Below are positions 41,911 through 55,559 of a stretch of 64,000 bases of DNA, in pieces. The notes under the pieces are model-generated. The model searched no databases, was not told where the DNA came from, and worked only from the letters and a program-made list of their open reading frames with translations. Source of the stretch: Nageia nagi (lineage: Eukaryota > Plantae > Pinophyta); the NCBI GenBank assembly GCA_050084985.1, contig JBITNC010000001.1, positions 160,580,001 to 160,644,000 on the forward strand. Reading direction: 5' to 3'. A program made the position numbers and the translations under genes. Positions within the stretch are counted from its first letter, which is position 1. The number at the start of each line of letters is the position of its first letter.

Positions 41911-42125
41911 ATGAAGATAATTGAAGAGGCATAGAGTGAATATTTTTCTTATTACATTATCATTTTTGGTAGCCATTTGTGCCTCTACATAAAGTCTCCA
42001 ATACTTGGCATATGTGGGGAATACAAGAAGTAGTTTTTCATATATAGGTTCTACCTTAGAAATAGGCCTTTTATAGGCTTCACTAATAAGTTTATACAAA
42101 GAATACACATTATGGTTATCAAGAA
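41910..42125 (-). pseudogene. CSTF77: Cleavage stimulation factor 77 (HAT-repeat) N-terminal fragment
   Basis: HNV..SEAYKRPISKVEPIYEKLLLVFPTYAKYWRLYVEAQMATKNDNVIRKIFTLCLFNYL resembles the plant CstF-77 N-terminus (PIYEQLLxxFPTAAKFWKQYVEAxMAVNNDDATKQIFSRCLL). Confidence 0.8.
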
Positions 42126-44286
42126 GAAGTTTCTCCCTTGTTGTCTTCTCCTTCTTAGTTGGGGGTAGGCCAAAGTGAGCAAAACTCTTTGAGAGAGCTA
42201 CCATGGTAGGAAGCACACAAAGTGTTTGATAAAATGTTTGGAGATTTGGATGAGAAAATCCTTTGTTGTATTGGAGATTTAGTTAATGGAATATGGATTA
42301 TAAATTGTACTAAGAACACCACCCTAAAGTAAGATATCATGCCCTACTCAAAAGAAGATGTCTCCTCCAATCACAAACATGAAGAAGGTGTAGAGAGGGT
42401 TTTCTATTACTAATTCTATGCAGGAGTTAAGAAGATTTAGGATGAAAGGAGGGCCAATGATGAGCAAGGGTAGCTGGAATCTCTATAGATCTAGAATAGA
42501 AGTTACATGAGGAGAGCATGTAGACATGGGCAAATAGGATTCGCATGCATGCACATGAAGATAGGAGTCATGTAGGGAGAGGATTTTAGTACTTAGAATA
42601 ATGATGGAAGATAAAGGAATTTAAGGAGATATTTCAATTTTACTTAGAAATACTAGGATAAAAATTATAATCTTCAATTCCATATAAATATTAATTTCAT
42701 ACAACCATGGTGAGATAGGAAATTGAAGGATATAATACACATTTTTCTTACTTTAAATATATATACATACAACTCTCTATAGTCTTCAACATGTCTTCAA
42801 ATCCTAAATATCTACATCATTAACAATGCCCTTTTATATGGAAATCTCCTTCATTCCATCATCCATTATAGTATAATTAAATTTGATCCATCCACACACA
42901 AGTTTCTACAAAATAAAATTATTTAGATGCATTTCAAGTTGGAAAGTTTTATTGATTATTGTATAGCTTGGAAACATTTAGGTATAATAAGTACATCTTA
43001 GATTAGCGATATGTGTGAGCACATATATTTGATTATTTTCTCTTTTTTATTCATTTCTTATTTCTATTATATATATTATACCCTTATTCAAAATTTCATT
43101 TTTTATTTATTGTGTTAAATGGTGAACTATCTCCCCTATAAGATGGTAAATTATTTCTTTATTAAAAACTTATTCTCTACCATTAGTCCTTTATCAAAAT
43201 GTCAACCACTTCTAAAAACCTACATCAAATGGTAAACCATTTATTTTATCCATAGGTAAATCATCTCACTATTTATACCTAACTTATTGATCACTCTAGT
43301 GGAGAGATAATCTAAATAATGATCTCTCATGTGATCACTCCATGAGTCAAACCATACATCAATGGATCTAATAGTATCAACTATAGTTTGTATAAAAGAC
43401 GTGATTTATTTTTTCTTACAAGTCATTGATATTTTAAGTAATACTATCTTGTATTTACTGTTCTACAAATTATTTTATCCTAAAGTATTTTAGGTATTAT
43501 CCATCTACCTATTTCACTATATAAATCATGGGAGTTAGTTCTTACTTTTGCAAGGTATTTTAGATATTTTCCATCAAGGTGTTTTAATTATATAAAGTTT
43601 ATAAATTGTAAAATATAATAAGATCATTTTCAATATTATAATTCCATATAGATTATTTATTTAGAAATTGAAATCTTTTCATTTAGCTTGTACTTTTATC
43701 AAAAATTAATGGATTGATAGAAAGAAATAAAGATATTGTTGAGATAAATTCTTCTATTGTAAGGAACAAGTTTATTGTAATAGGACCTCTAGGTATCAAA
43801 GTATTATAAGGGAATCAAACCCCACCCCTTATAAATTCCACATCATTAAAAGAGCCCTACTATTATTAAAGGTTTTTATACTACCTACTATTGTGATGTC
43901 ATACTTTACTTGATTGAATATGTTGGGAAAAGCCAATATCCTTTATCAATAATAGGTCATCCCCTTTATCATAATAGTGGTGTTAATATTAATCAAATAT
44001 TTAAATATTTTTAACCTTTCAAAAATATTCCATCATCTTAACCTTTCCTTCCCTATTGCATTTTCTAATTTATATTGTATCTTTAACCCAGCCACTTCCT
44101 TGAATCCATTGTATGTGGTACATTAAGGTATTGTGATAATATGGGGTTCTAGCTAGATGAATTATTCCCATTAGGGAAATGATTTATTTCATATTAGGAT
44201 CCTAATTTTTTTGAATCTGAATTTTTCCCCCATGCTTCCTCTTCAAGTGAACTCAACATCTTACTTCCACACTTATGCTTATTGGA

Positions 44287-44557
44287 TACATGCATGGTAT
44301 GATCCTAAATTAGTGTATTTTAAAAATTAATTTTTATTCATACCTATTAAAATTTAGTTTCTATCATATGGGTATTAGAATAAATTACATATTTGAAAAC
44401 TAGACTCTAAGAACTACATTTTCATCTCAATTACCTTTTTCATAATTCAATGTCTAAGTGCTTCAAATTTTGAGATCAGTTATATCAAAACTTAAAAAAC
44501 AAAGAGAATATTTTTACTTTTTGGCCATAAAGTGGATTCAACTTCTTGCATTGACCT
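44287..44557 (+). mobile_element. Terminal-inverted-repeat family copy D (right-end fragment with intact terminus)
   Basis: Aligns to 13505-13755 and ends AAAGTGGATTCAACTTCTTGCATTGACCT, the reverse complement of the family's left terminus. Confidence 0.75.
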
Positions 44558-46616
44558 AGTCCTACTGCTTACACATAGATGTTCGCATGCCACCTATCAT
44601 CTTTCACTATGTTCAATTCATTGACACTACAAATTGTAGTGCTCATCATAAAAGTATATCCATGACTATATGAAACTCTCTAGAATATCTCATTATCCAT
44701 TTTTATGCCATAAAATATGATGAAAATATTCTTACCTAATATACGATGAATTTATAGATGTAAGAAAATTTGCTAGAATAGATGGTACATTACGAAAGGG
44801 AAGTTGTTAGATCATATTGGGGAGTTCCAACTTGTATCAAATACCTATAATAGATTACTATAACATAAAGCATCAATGAAAAGGAAAAGAAAATACAAAG
44901 GTAATATGAACTTTATGCTTACTTGGTGTATGTAATGCTAGTGGATCACTATATTTTTAGTAGGCATTTGGTTCTCTAACTAGACTATGATGGTATGTCA
45001 AACCCAAGCTCTTATGGTCGACCCTAGGTACTAACCATTTATGAATTGACCAAGTTTGATAATTGATCTTCCATTTATGAAAGTGCATCCTTACCTCAGA
45101 GAAGGAAGTTGATAATAGTATTGCCATCCCATCAATAGAAAATGCAAGATACAATTGCCCTAATGTGAAACTCCCATTGGAAGACCTATTGCTTGATATA
45201 AAGGACACCTCCCTCTTGAGAAGCTCTTCTCCACTCCCCAACTTTACCCTATTGTTTTCTTATTAAGATGATCAACTAAAAAATAACACAACAAAGAGAA
45301 GAACAGCTCAGATAATATAATATGGTTACAGAAGTGTGCGAATGAGAAAATGGAAGAAATGGATATCAAAAGTTCAAGTCCCTAATTCCCCAACCAAGAT
45401 TTGGTTGGGCTTCTATCGTACCCCTCAAAATGCTACTCAAGCCTTCAACTATGCACTTAATTGTTTAAGGGGACTTAATGTCAATTTTAATTTCCCTAAA
45501 TACCTACCATAATTTTCCTGTAACATTTATTCATCTTCATCCCTTTTCAAAATTCAGGTTGTAACAACCAACTTTTTATTGCAAGAATCTTTGCAATCAA
45601 GGATTTAATGTTATTGGCTAACCCATAGCTGAATGGTTAAATTTGAGATTTCAAATTTTGGATTTGGCTATTAAGGTGGGTTCTACTTCCAACATATTCA
45701 CCTTAATTTTATTTATTTTTTTATTTTTATTGGAATGTATGCCTACATTTAAAGCATATATGGCTTGTTATATACCTTGAAATTATACATTAAAAAATAT
45801 TATTGGCATATTTGCCTATTGTAGTGAATATATATGACTTAGTTGTGCTTTACTATTCTCATCATGTTCAAACAAATGGATGATATTTTTGTGATGGATT
45901 TGTATGGATCAACATTAAACTAAATAAAGAAAATGTTACAATAAGTTTTTCTTCCTTGAAAACTAACCCATGTAAAATATAAAAGATTTAAAAAATAGAA
46001 AAACAAAAATTAAACATACATTTAAAAAAATTGCATCATTATTGTGAAGTAATTTAAATTTTAACATTAATTTTTTTGAGACAAAAAAAGAAAATATATG
46101 AGTTAAGTATTTGAATGATTATTTACCTTATATCTATATATTTCATATTTTGAATCTTAGAAAAGTATAACATGACTTGAAATTGATTATCTCATTTTCG
46201 AACAGGTTTCAAGATTGATCACCCTCCTATTAAAAATTATTTTTAGGGGGGTCTTAAAATTTTCTCCTTGAGGATTTAGAGGCTTGTGACTCTTCAAGTC
46301 TTCAAGAACTTTATTAATTGGAAAAGACAATAAAGTATTTAGACATAGCTTTGATAAGATACGACTAATCCATTGATTTTGGTGTAGTAATATACGTTGA
46401 TTTGTCATTTATCACTATGTATTAGGATTTGTCACCTATTTAGCTTGCTTAACTTCCTTTCCTCTTGTTAGGGAAGTTCTTACATATGTATTTGATATTC
46501 CCTTAAAGGAGAGAATAGATTTAACTATTCAATTTAAATTTAAATATATAATATAAATTAGAATAATAATAAAAATAACAAAAAAATTAACAATTAAAAA
46601 AAAAATAATAATCAAA

Positions 46617-46640
46617 AACAACAACAACAACAACAACAAC
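46617..46640 (+). repeat. (AAC)8 microsatellite
   Basis: Read directly from the sequence. Confidence 0.9.
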
Positions 46641-47310
46641 AATAAAAATAATAATAATTCATTAATAAGTATAATTCTTTACTAAATACTTTGTTACTTT
46701 TTAGATGTATTCATTACACAAAGCTACAATTATTAAGTTATTTTGATTAGATGATACGAATGATATTATTTATATATGACTTTTAATATTCTTCTTTTAT
46801 GAAAAATAATAATTCAAACACTTAATTGATATAACAAATCAAAAGATTTAAAAAGAGGAAAATAAAACAAAATATCATCTTAGTGTAAAATAGCTCACTA
46901 CAAAATCACACCGTAAAATGTGTTGTACGATTTTTATCTTATTTCAATTAACTTTTGCTAATAAAAGAAATAATGCTTACTATAGTGATTTATTGTGTGT
47001 ATGTCCGTGAATATCCCAAAACTTGTGAGATCGACAGGCGGATTAATGCAAACCTCGTAAGAGTGTACATCTACGAGAGTTGCATGTGCATACTTAAGAA
47101 GAGCCATGTGCTGTGCGGATTAGAGAATTTAGAGTAACTATTTCCTTTACATTAAATTCTGTACTCCGCTAGGTATAGCCCTCATCTTTCTCCTTTGTAA
47201 TCCGAAGGACAATTCGAAAAGCCAGTCCACTGATATCTGCCCAGTTCCTTAGTTCTAGTTCTGTCTCTGCTGTGCTCGTCCAAGGCCCTGTGCAGCTTCT
47301 AGGAATTGCC

Positions 47311-47927
47311 ATGGAAGGAAATAATAACAACGTAGCCATGTTCCCTTTCATCGCGCAGGGCCATTTCATACCCTTCATTTCCCTCGCTAAAATGCTTGTT
47401 TCTCAATGTCTCAAAGTCACGCTACTCACACAACTGCCAATACCCCCAAACTCCAATCCCAATTGAATGGAGACCCTCTTGGATCTGATATTCGTCTGGT
47501 GTCTCTTCCCCTTCCGCACATTGATGGAAAGCACTGATGTTCTGTCCACAATCCAATCCCAATTGTTGGTTTGCTACTCCCATAAGCTGTCACCAACCTT
47601 CGAGAAATGGTTTGAGACGACGCAGCAGAGCCTCTCTGCATAATAAGCGACGTTTTCCTCTGTTATTGGTTACCCGCTTCTGCTTCCAGGTTCGGAATTC
47701 CCTGCGTGGCCTTCCATGAATTTGGTGCCTTTGGGGCGTCTGTCATGCAATATCTCTTCACAAATCATGTCGACGATGTCATTAGTGGCCGTGAAATAAT
47801 ACAGATCCGAGACCATGCTGAACGGGCAGCCATGCTGAAAGAATCGATCAAGGGATGGTCGGGTGAGGCGTGTGTTGAAGCTTTTGTGTCTCACATCCGC
47901 AGCACCAGCGGTCAATTTAATATATAA
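47311..47927 (+). pseudogene. UDP-glycosyltransferase (family 1 UGT) pseudogene, copy 1, large internal deletion
   Basis: MEGNNNNVAMFPFIAQGHFIPFISLAKML. Frameshifts; jumps from IIQIRD straight to the C-terminal AMLKESIK, so the PSPG box is lost. Flanks are homologous to copy 3. Confidence 0.9.
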
Positions 47928-48332
47928 GTTCATAATAGTTTTCTATCTTCTTCCCGAGCAACATTCTACATTTTATTCTTGTGAATTATATTACCAGCAA
48001 CCCTATTGTTGACGATATATAGTTAACCTTCACGAAACCATGAATGAATTCATTCAGGAGAGTTATGGATAATGTGAAAAAGTGGAGGATTTGTCTTAAT
48101 ATGAGCAGTTAAATTTAGAGTTTATAGTTTTATCTGAAAGTCATTCCTCTACGCCTGGGATACATTAAATAATGAATTGTTTGATTGTTTCAATCAAAAG
48201 ATACTGTTAATATATTTGTTGTAGTATTCTTTTCGTCAATATTATATTTAAAAAGTAATAATTAATTTTTAATTTATTAAAATAATTAATTAAAAATATA
48301 TTATAATAATAATTAAAAATAAATTATTTAAT

Positions 48333-51300
48333 AGAAAAAGTTCTACAACTTTACATGTTTTGGAGGAGTCGAGTGTTAATGTGTTTTGAGTATTTTACAT
48401 CGCTTTCACATCGTCTTTCTTTGGGAAGGGTGTAGGAGTTTTTGAGCTTTATCATTTGTCCATTCCGTAATTAATCCACCTTGGGTGGAGCCTCTGTTGT
48501 GTTTATTATGATCCCAACTCAAACCATGACTCCATCTGTTGGTGAAGATGTTGGTGCAAGGAACAACAATGGCACTGATGGTGAACAAGCACCCTCAGAA
48601 GTTCGTTCACAAGGTCTACCATGGGGTAATGCTCCTAATGTTACCATTCCTTTGTAAGAATTTAAGTTTGTTTGTGTTTGGCTTGAAAGTCATACAGTTA
48701 TTGGTTATTTCCTAGGTCGCATCATTACAGATCTAGTTCTCCATAACTAGATTCATATTTATTGGCACTGATATGTTATCAAAGTCGAGCATGTGTAGAA
48801 CCTTTCAAAAGGGTTCTTCTTATTTTAGTTTTGTGACCCTAAGTCTACCAAATAAGTGTTGACAAAATGATGTAGATATGTCAATAGTGCTCTCTTTTAC
48901 CAACCTTGGACCCAAAGTTTCAATGTCCATGACAAGGTTTCCTTAGCTATCCCCACTTGGGTTGAGTTTCGTGGTCTTCCTACGACCCTATGGCCTTTTT
49001 TGCATGGACTTTTTGGTGCTATAGGTGAGTTCGTGTACGAAGAGCCAACTCATTATTTTGTGGTCTAGCCCTCTTTTAGTTAAAACTCTAAAAGAGTTTA
49101 TTACCATCTAGGTTGGTGACTCCACAATCAACCAGAGAGTGGGGTACGTCAAGCTGCCCAATACTTATTATTATTATCATTTGAAAGCTCAAAAAATCAA
49201 AGACTATCCTTTAATGGCTAATAAGTTTAACACCAAAGTTGCTGCAGTGACTATAGCTGTAACCATGACTCCATCATCCTCAAACCCTCCTATAAATGGA
49301 GGACAAGATGAATGGATACATGTTAATAGGATAGGGAAAGTTGTGAACAAAAATACCCATAATGGTAATCGAGTAACTAGTTATGTGCAAGGTACTAACA
49401 TAAATACCCCACCTTAAATTCTAGTTAGAAATGTTAAATCTTTCAAGAACCGTGAGGTCTTAACTATTTTGTATCATGAGGGAGATGTTGGAACTCAATT
49501 GATTTAGCCATCTAGTGTGCATGATAAAAATTTCAATTTGAACCACACTGGGGACAAGAGATTGCTTAGTCCCCTCCAAGGAGATCCTTCTATTCATATT
49601 GGAAAGAAATGCTAGGCAAAAGCCTTATTGAATTAGCAAGATAATTTTATGAGCAAATCCTTTAGTCCCATTGCAAAGCTTGAAGATTTTGACTTGATCA
49701 AAGGTGATATACACCTAGATCAATTAGAATGATTTTTCTATTATAGAATATTAGAGGGCTAACAGAGCCTCTAAAAAAGTATTTAGTATAGAATAAGCTT
49801 CTTCTATGTTCATGTGAGTATGCTAAACCTGATTTTGTTTGTTTGCAAGAAGTTAAAATTATTTATTTCTAGTTGCAGTGTGCATGCAATCTCATATGAC
49901 CTTCCATCAAAATGGTGACCACTAATCATGAATCTGCCAAAGGGGTTGTTTTCATTCTTTTCTCCCCTCAATGGAAAGAGAGTTTGGTGCATTAGAGGTC
50001 TACCAAGTGGTGTGAATTTTACATAAAATCAAGGGAATGTCTTTTGGTATCCTAAATATTTATGCATCCAATGAACCTCATGATCAGATTTTGCTTTGGA
50101 GATGATGTACTTTGTACCTACTACCAATTTTGTGGGTCATGTATGGGGATTTCAATATGATTGAAAAAGGTTTTGACAAAGTTGGTGGCATTCCCAATTG
50201 GTGGGCCATTGGGAAAACGTAGGCCTGGTACTTTATGTAAAATAAGTTAAGATTATCTTACCTAAATTCTTATTTTACCAATCTTGATTTTCCTAAGTCT
50301 CTATGGTATGCATGGTCAAAATTTTAGGGTTTCCATTCAAGAATTTTGAAAAAGGCTTTATAGAGCTTATCTCTTTGATTACATGAATTTTTCTTTTGCT
50401 TGAAGGAAAATTGTTACTCCTTTGGTCAAACCCATTCTTAGCACAACTTCTTCAGAGCATGCCCCTATCATATTTGATATTTTTCCAATTGGTAGTGTTA
50501 TAATACAATTTAAATCTTAATTTTACCTTAATACTTCTTTTCTCTAGCACCAATCCATGATTAACCATATTTACAAAGTCTAGAACCTTATTTTGTGACC
50601 CTAAGGAAACCTTGGCTAGATTGATTGGTAGAATGGTGTGATTGTTAGAACCTTTGGTCTACTCACCCTTGGTTAAAAAGTTATTGAGTGTAGGAAACAT
50701 TCCCTTTCTTCCCTTAGGAATGATCTTTCTCAATTTTCCATTAGCTTGGAAGCTAATCCTTTAGTGAAAATCTTTAGAATCAAGCAACTCAAGTTAAGTA
50801 AGAGATGAAGATGGTAGAACTATATGAAGCTAAGTGTGCTCAGATTAAGGCTCAATTACATTGGCTAAAAGTTAGAGATAGAGTCACCAAAGAAATTTTC
50901 CAAAGGCTTAGACCTCCCAGGTAAGCTATGCAATTTAAAGCTATCATGGATAAGGGAGTCTAACATACTGTGTTTTCCTCCATTTCCTAAGTTTTTATTC
51001 CATAGAATTTCTCAAAGGATAGGAAATAAGCCCTCTAAATGTGCATTGACTTTGTTCTCATCAAAATCTCCCCTAGTTAAAGAGAGGAGTGTGAAAAGAT
51101 TTTAACAATTGATGATTTGGCTCGTGCTCTTTCCTTTATGGCTAATGAAAAGTTTCCAAGATTGGATGGTTTCCCTTTTGAATTTTATAAAACTTGTTGG
51201 GATTTAGTTGCTACTGATTTGCATGGAGTCTATCTCAAATCTCTACAGACTGGCTCATTAGGAACTATTATTAATAGAGGGAATATCAAGTTTATTCCCA

Positions 51301-54255
51301 ACCCAAGAGATCCAAAGATTATTACCAATTGGAAGTCGATAACTCTACTTAATGTCTATTACAAAATTATTTTCAAGGCCTTAGCTATGAAAATTCAACC
51401 TTTGTTACCAATCATTGTTTGACCTAAACAAACTAGATTTATTAAAGGTAGATATATTTTGATTAATGTGCTTGAAATTTGGGAAGGCATGGAGTGGGCT
51501 AAACTTTCTAACCAATATGCTTTGTTTATCAAGATAGACTTTGAAAATGCCTATGATAGGATTGAATGGCTCTTCATTCTTTCTATGCTTTGAGCCTTAG
51601 GTTTTGGTGATAATTTTGTTCATATTGTTCAAATTTTATTTCAAGAGGCCTCTATTGTGTTGACACTTAATAGTACTCATTCTAAACCTATTGGGTTGTT
51701 TCAATCTATTAGGCAAGGTTGCCTTATTCATCCCTACTTATATGTTCTTGCAGCAGAGGCCTTTGGCTATCTTCTAGCCAAGCAAGCTTCTATTGAAATT
51801 AAAAAAATGGGATTAGGCTTCTAGCTTCTCAAAGTTATCTTATTAATGGACATTTTGTTGACAACTCTTTTCTCACCTTGAGAGAATATGAGCAAACTAT
51901 CAAATCCACTTTTCTTTTCTTAAAAACTTTTTGTAAAGCCTCAGGTTCTAGTATTCAATGGAGAAAAACTTTATGTTTCATATAGTCTCTTATGCCTATG
52001 CCTTCTTGGTTCACACAATTCTAATGGAATTGGATTTCTCCTAGTGAAGTTTTTAAATTTCTTGGCATCCTTTTTACTTTTCAAGAATCCCCTTCTTGGT
52101 TATGGAATTTTGTTGTTCAAAAGGTTGAAAAGAAACTGGACTATTGGATGACTAAGAAGTTATCCCTAGGTGATAAATTTTGAATTTGCTCTAAGGTTCT
52201 AGCTTCAACCCATGTGTATTACTCTTCCTATTAGGTTCCTTATGTGAATTATTATAAGAAGATTGAAAAACTTTTGCATGATTTCCTTTGGTCTTCCAAT
52301 TCATACCACAAAGGCTTTCATAGAGTTGCCTGAGATATTTATTGCTTGCCTTGAGTTTCTAGGGGTATGGGCCTCTTAGACTATCATAGACAAAGAAATG
52401 CTCTTTATGATAAGTGGATAATTCATTCTATTAAAGGTATGAAAGCTTGGAGAGTTTTTATTAGGTATTTCATCTACATTGGTTTCCCTCTCAATAAAAA
52501 ATCTTGGTGTGGTATGAATTTTTAGTCCCTTCTTCTAGATCCTATTTATATCAAGATTTCATGTTCTTTTTTGTTGAAAGTATTTGGAAATATTGGAAAT
52601 AGTTAACTCTTTGATTTAAATGGAAGGGAAGTAATTCAGGCCATGGATTCTAGTTAATTCCATGAATGTGTCATGGTATCCCACTATTTCCATTCAAAAT
52701 GTGCCTTTGGATCAAGTTTAGTGGATTCACGTGCTAAAGTTCCTCAGACGTGGTATTTTGAAGATTTCATTTTTTCTCACAAAGGAGTAAGGATTGGATC
52801 CCTTGGTCAGTTTCAAAAGCTTGTTTAATCTTAACCATGGTGACAAAGATACTTATGATGTTGTGATAGATGCTACATCTCTATCCCTTTGGATCAAAAT
52901 TTGAAAGTTTAGACAAAGGGAATGGTGGAAAGATTGGGCTTGGGTTAAATACATCCCTTTTAAAAATTATAAACCTAAGCTTAGATATGAGTGGATTTTT
53001 CATGTAATGCCCTTGGGTTCCCATCTTAACCACAATTGGGACTTAGTTTTTATTTTGTCATAGTGGAAAGCTAGGTTTCTTTCTATCTAGAATTCATATA
53101 TTGAACCCAAATAAGATATTTTTGCATGGAGTGTTCTTCATCAAGTTTTTCTCTTAGGTAAATGACTCACTTATGTTGGGATTCCAACTCCCAAGTATGC
53201 CTTTTATCAGAAAGACAATTCTACTATGCATGTTTTCTAGTTTTGTAAGAGTTCTAAAGAAGATTGGTAGTGGTTGTTGTCTTTCTTTGCCCCTTATGTC
53301 AGTGGTAGTATTTATTAGGTTCAAACTTTACTTGAGGATTTTTTTCATATGAAAATTTTATTGCTAGATGTTTGGAATATTTTTAGAATTAGCCTTATGT
53401 TTCATATTTGGAAAGATCGTAACATGATTATTTTCAAAAAATAAGAACCTTCAATTTCTTTTTCAATTGCTAATGAAATTGAACTATTCTTAGATACTTG
53501 GTTTTAGATATTTAACCAAGCAGTGAAGGTTGAACTAGAGGTAGGCCATCTCGTGCTAAGTTGGATTACTAGGCCAATGCACCATGTTTTCTCAGTTGGC
53601 TGTACTTGAAAAACCAAGCACCTTAGGTTCAACATTTTCATTAATGGTCTTGAAAGAGGTCTCTAAAGAGAGCATGATTTCCTTCTGAAGGGAAACATTG
53701 GTCATAACCATCTTTATCTCACCTCCCACTAATTGAACATGGTCTAAGTTCTTCATGATGATGTGGTGGAATTAAAGTGCCTAGGTCATTCCATCATGCA
53801 AGATTGGGTGATGCAAACATTAATGTTGGATGGGATTTCATACTGAATGCTCCCCATGGATGGGATACCCCACAACCCTTGCATGATTCTCCAATTTGTG
53901 GGTGGGGCGATGATGGTAATTATGAAACTAATGAAGCCACTTATGTGCACAATGATGATGGCCAATACATTCATTCGATCCCTCCAAACACATGGGATAC
54001 CATGTAGCTCAAAGATATGCATTTGCAAGACATGCCTCATGATGCTTCATAGATTTTAATTGGTGATTATTTTCGTACTATTTATGTCTTGAACGATAAC
54101 TCACTTATTTAGTAGTTAGATATTTTGGTGGTTTTGTTCTCCCAACTCGTGGTTATGGTTGGTGTAGTTACATCCGATGTATGTTTTTATCCACTCACAA
54201 ACTCTTTTGTGTGAGATTACTTTTATTTTAATATAACTAGCTCTTTCATAAAAAA
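48333..54255 (+). mobile_element. Full-length decayed L1-type LINE (ORF1, ORF2 EN-RT, poly-A, 12-bp TSD)
   Basis: TSD AAATTATTTAAT at 48321-48332 and 54256-54267, with an empty site at 58131-58142. ORF1 QPWTQSF..IPTWVEFRGLP (DUF4283-like). EN NIYASNE and VMYGDFNMIE. RT DGFPFEFYK, KIDFENAYDRIEW, SIRQGCL. Confidence 0.92.
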
Positions 54256-54904
54256 AAATTATTTAATCTTGAAATAAAATTATAAAGTAAGATGAACATT
54301 AGATTTTAGATGGTACTAATGTTATGATTCGAATTGAAATATGAATATCTTTTTTCAAATGAGATTGGGGAAGTGAAATAACTTTCTATCTATCTTATTA
54401 GAAATGGAATTCATTCCTAATAATCATAAGTAGTATATATTTGTTTAATTCTGAATAAAAAATACACATCTTTTTCATGCATACAAACTACTATATTTTT
54501 ATAATTTGAAAGCATAAATAATTTTAAATGTGATACAAATAAAATTGGAAAATTACTTTCTAATATCTTATTTGAATATTAATAAGATTTTGTGAAGAGT
54601 AGTGTAGGTAGATATTGAAAAATACAAAAATGGTTCATGAAGCTTTATACTTAGAAATAGCTAAAACTAGCTATTGTAACCAAGTGAATAGGTAAATTGT
54701 AGAAAAATAATTAGTTTTTTTTACTATAGATAATTTATAATTATTGTGTCAGAAATATTATTTTTTGTCAAATGTAAACATTAGAAATAAGTAGAGCATT
54801 CCATGAAGTTTGAAATTTATATTTTTGATTACAACTAAACTCTAGAAAAAGATTTTCTTTTTATTTTTCACCTTTTATTATTAATGTAGTTAGTAATGGA
54901 CATA

Positions 54905-55115
54905 CTTGACCTTCACATAAGTAAGTTGTTCCACATGGAAATTGTGTATCATCTGATAAGTTTCCCTCAAGGTCCTCTCGACCACCTCCTTTAAATCCCC
55001 AAATATTGAATAAGGTGACATCACTACCAACTTAGACGATGGTGCTGACTCGGCATCAAGGGAGACTTTGCACATAAATTGAAGCATCTAATCATCATCA
55101 AAACTCCATTGATTG
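54905..55115 (-). pseudogene. Fragment of a PHD-finger MS1/MMD1-family gene (region upstream of the PHD)
   Basis: QWSFDDD*MLQFMCKV..PSSKLVVMSPYSIFGDLKEVVERTLRETYQMIHNFHVEQL resembles the family block WPFxDDxDQLLRFxC..PPxELVVxPxxATxGxLKxxxExAxRDTY. Isolated, with a stop codon. Confidence 0.65.
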
Positions 55116-55559
55116 GTGGAACCCCTCCTCATCATCTCTCCTCTATAATTTATAAAATAGTATAAAAAGAGAATATCTATAGATTGAAATGAAAGCACAC
55201 AGTTTTTATAGTTATCAATATTATGTCCATCATGCATTGATTTGTGATATGAATTAAATCTAAAACTCTAAAGCACCAAACACATTTTTATTGCAACTAT
55301 AATAGTAAAAGAAATTCTTAATTTTTTCATACAACTAGTAACATAAGAATTATTGAAACAAAATGCAACTTTTTATGAATTGGCTAAAGAATATTTTTCA
55401 TATTTCATAATTTGTGATATATAGTGAATTTCACATGGAATTCATGGTTTTATCAACAATATAAATTTTATTATTTTATTAACTATATAAACCTCACTAA
55501 AAAAGAATAATTGAGGACAAAAGTGGAAAGAAAGTTGCAAGTCTTTTCACTATGATTGG

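Noticed and set aside
43700-45250. Possible gypsy gag/protease scraps on the minus strand
   Set aside because: Motifs too degenerate to call without a search.
45620-45695. tRNA-like A/B-box sequence (similar B-box-like scraps near 8310, 9320 and 57900)
   Set aside because: No cloverleaf could be folded; at best very old SINE heads with unresolvable ends.
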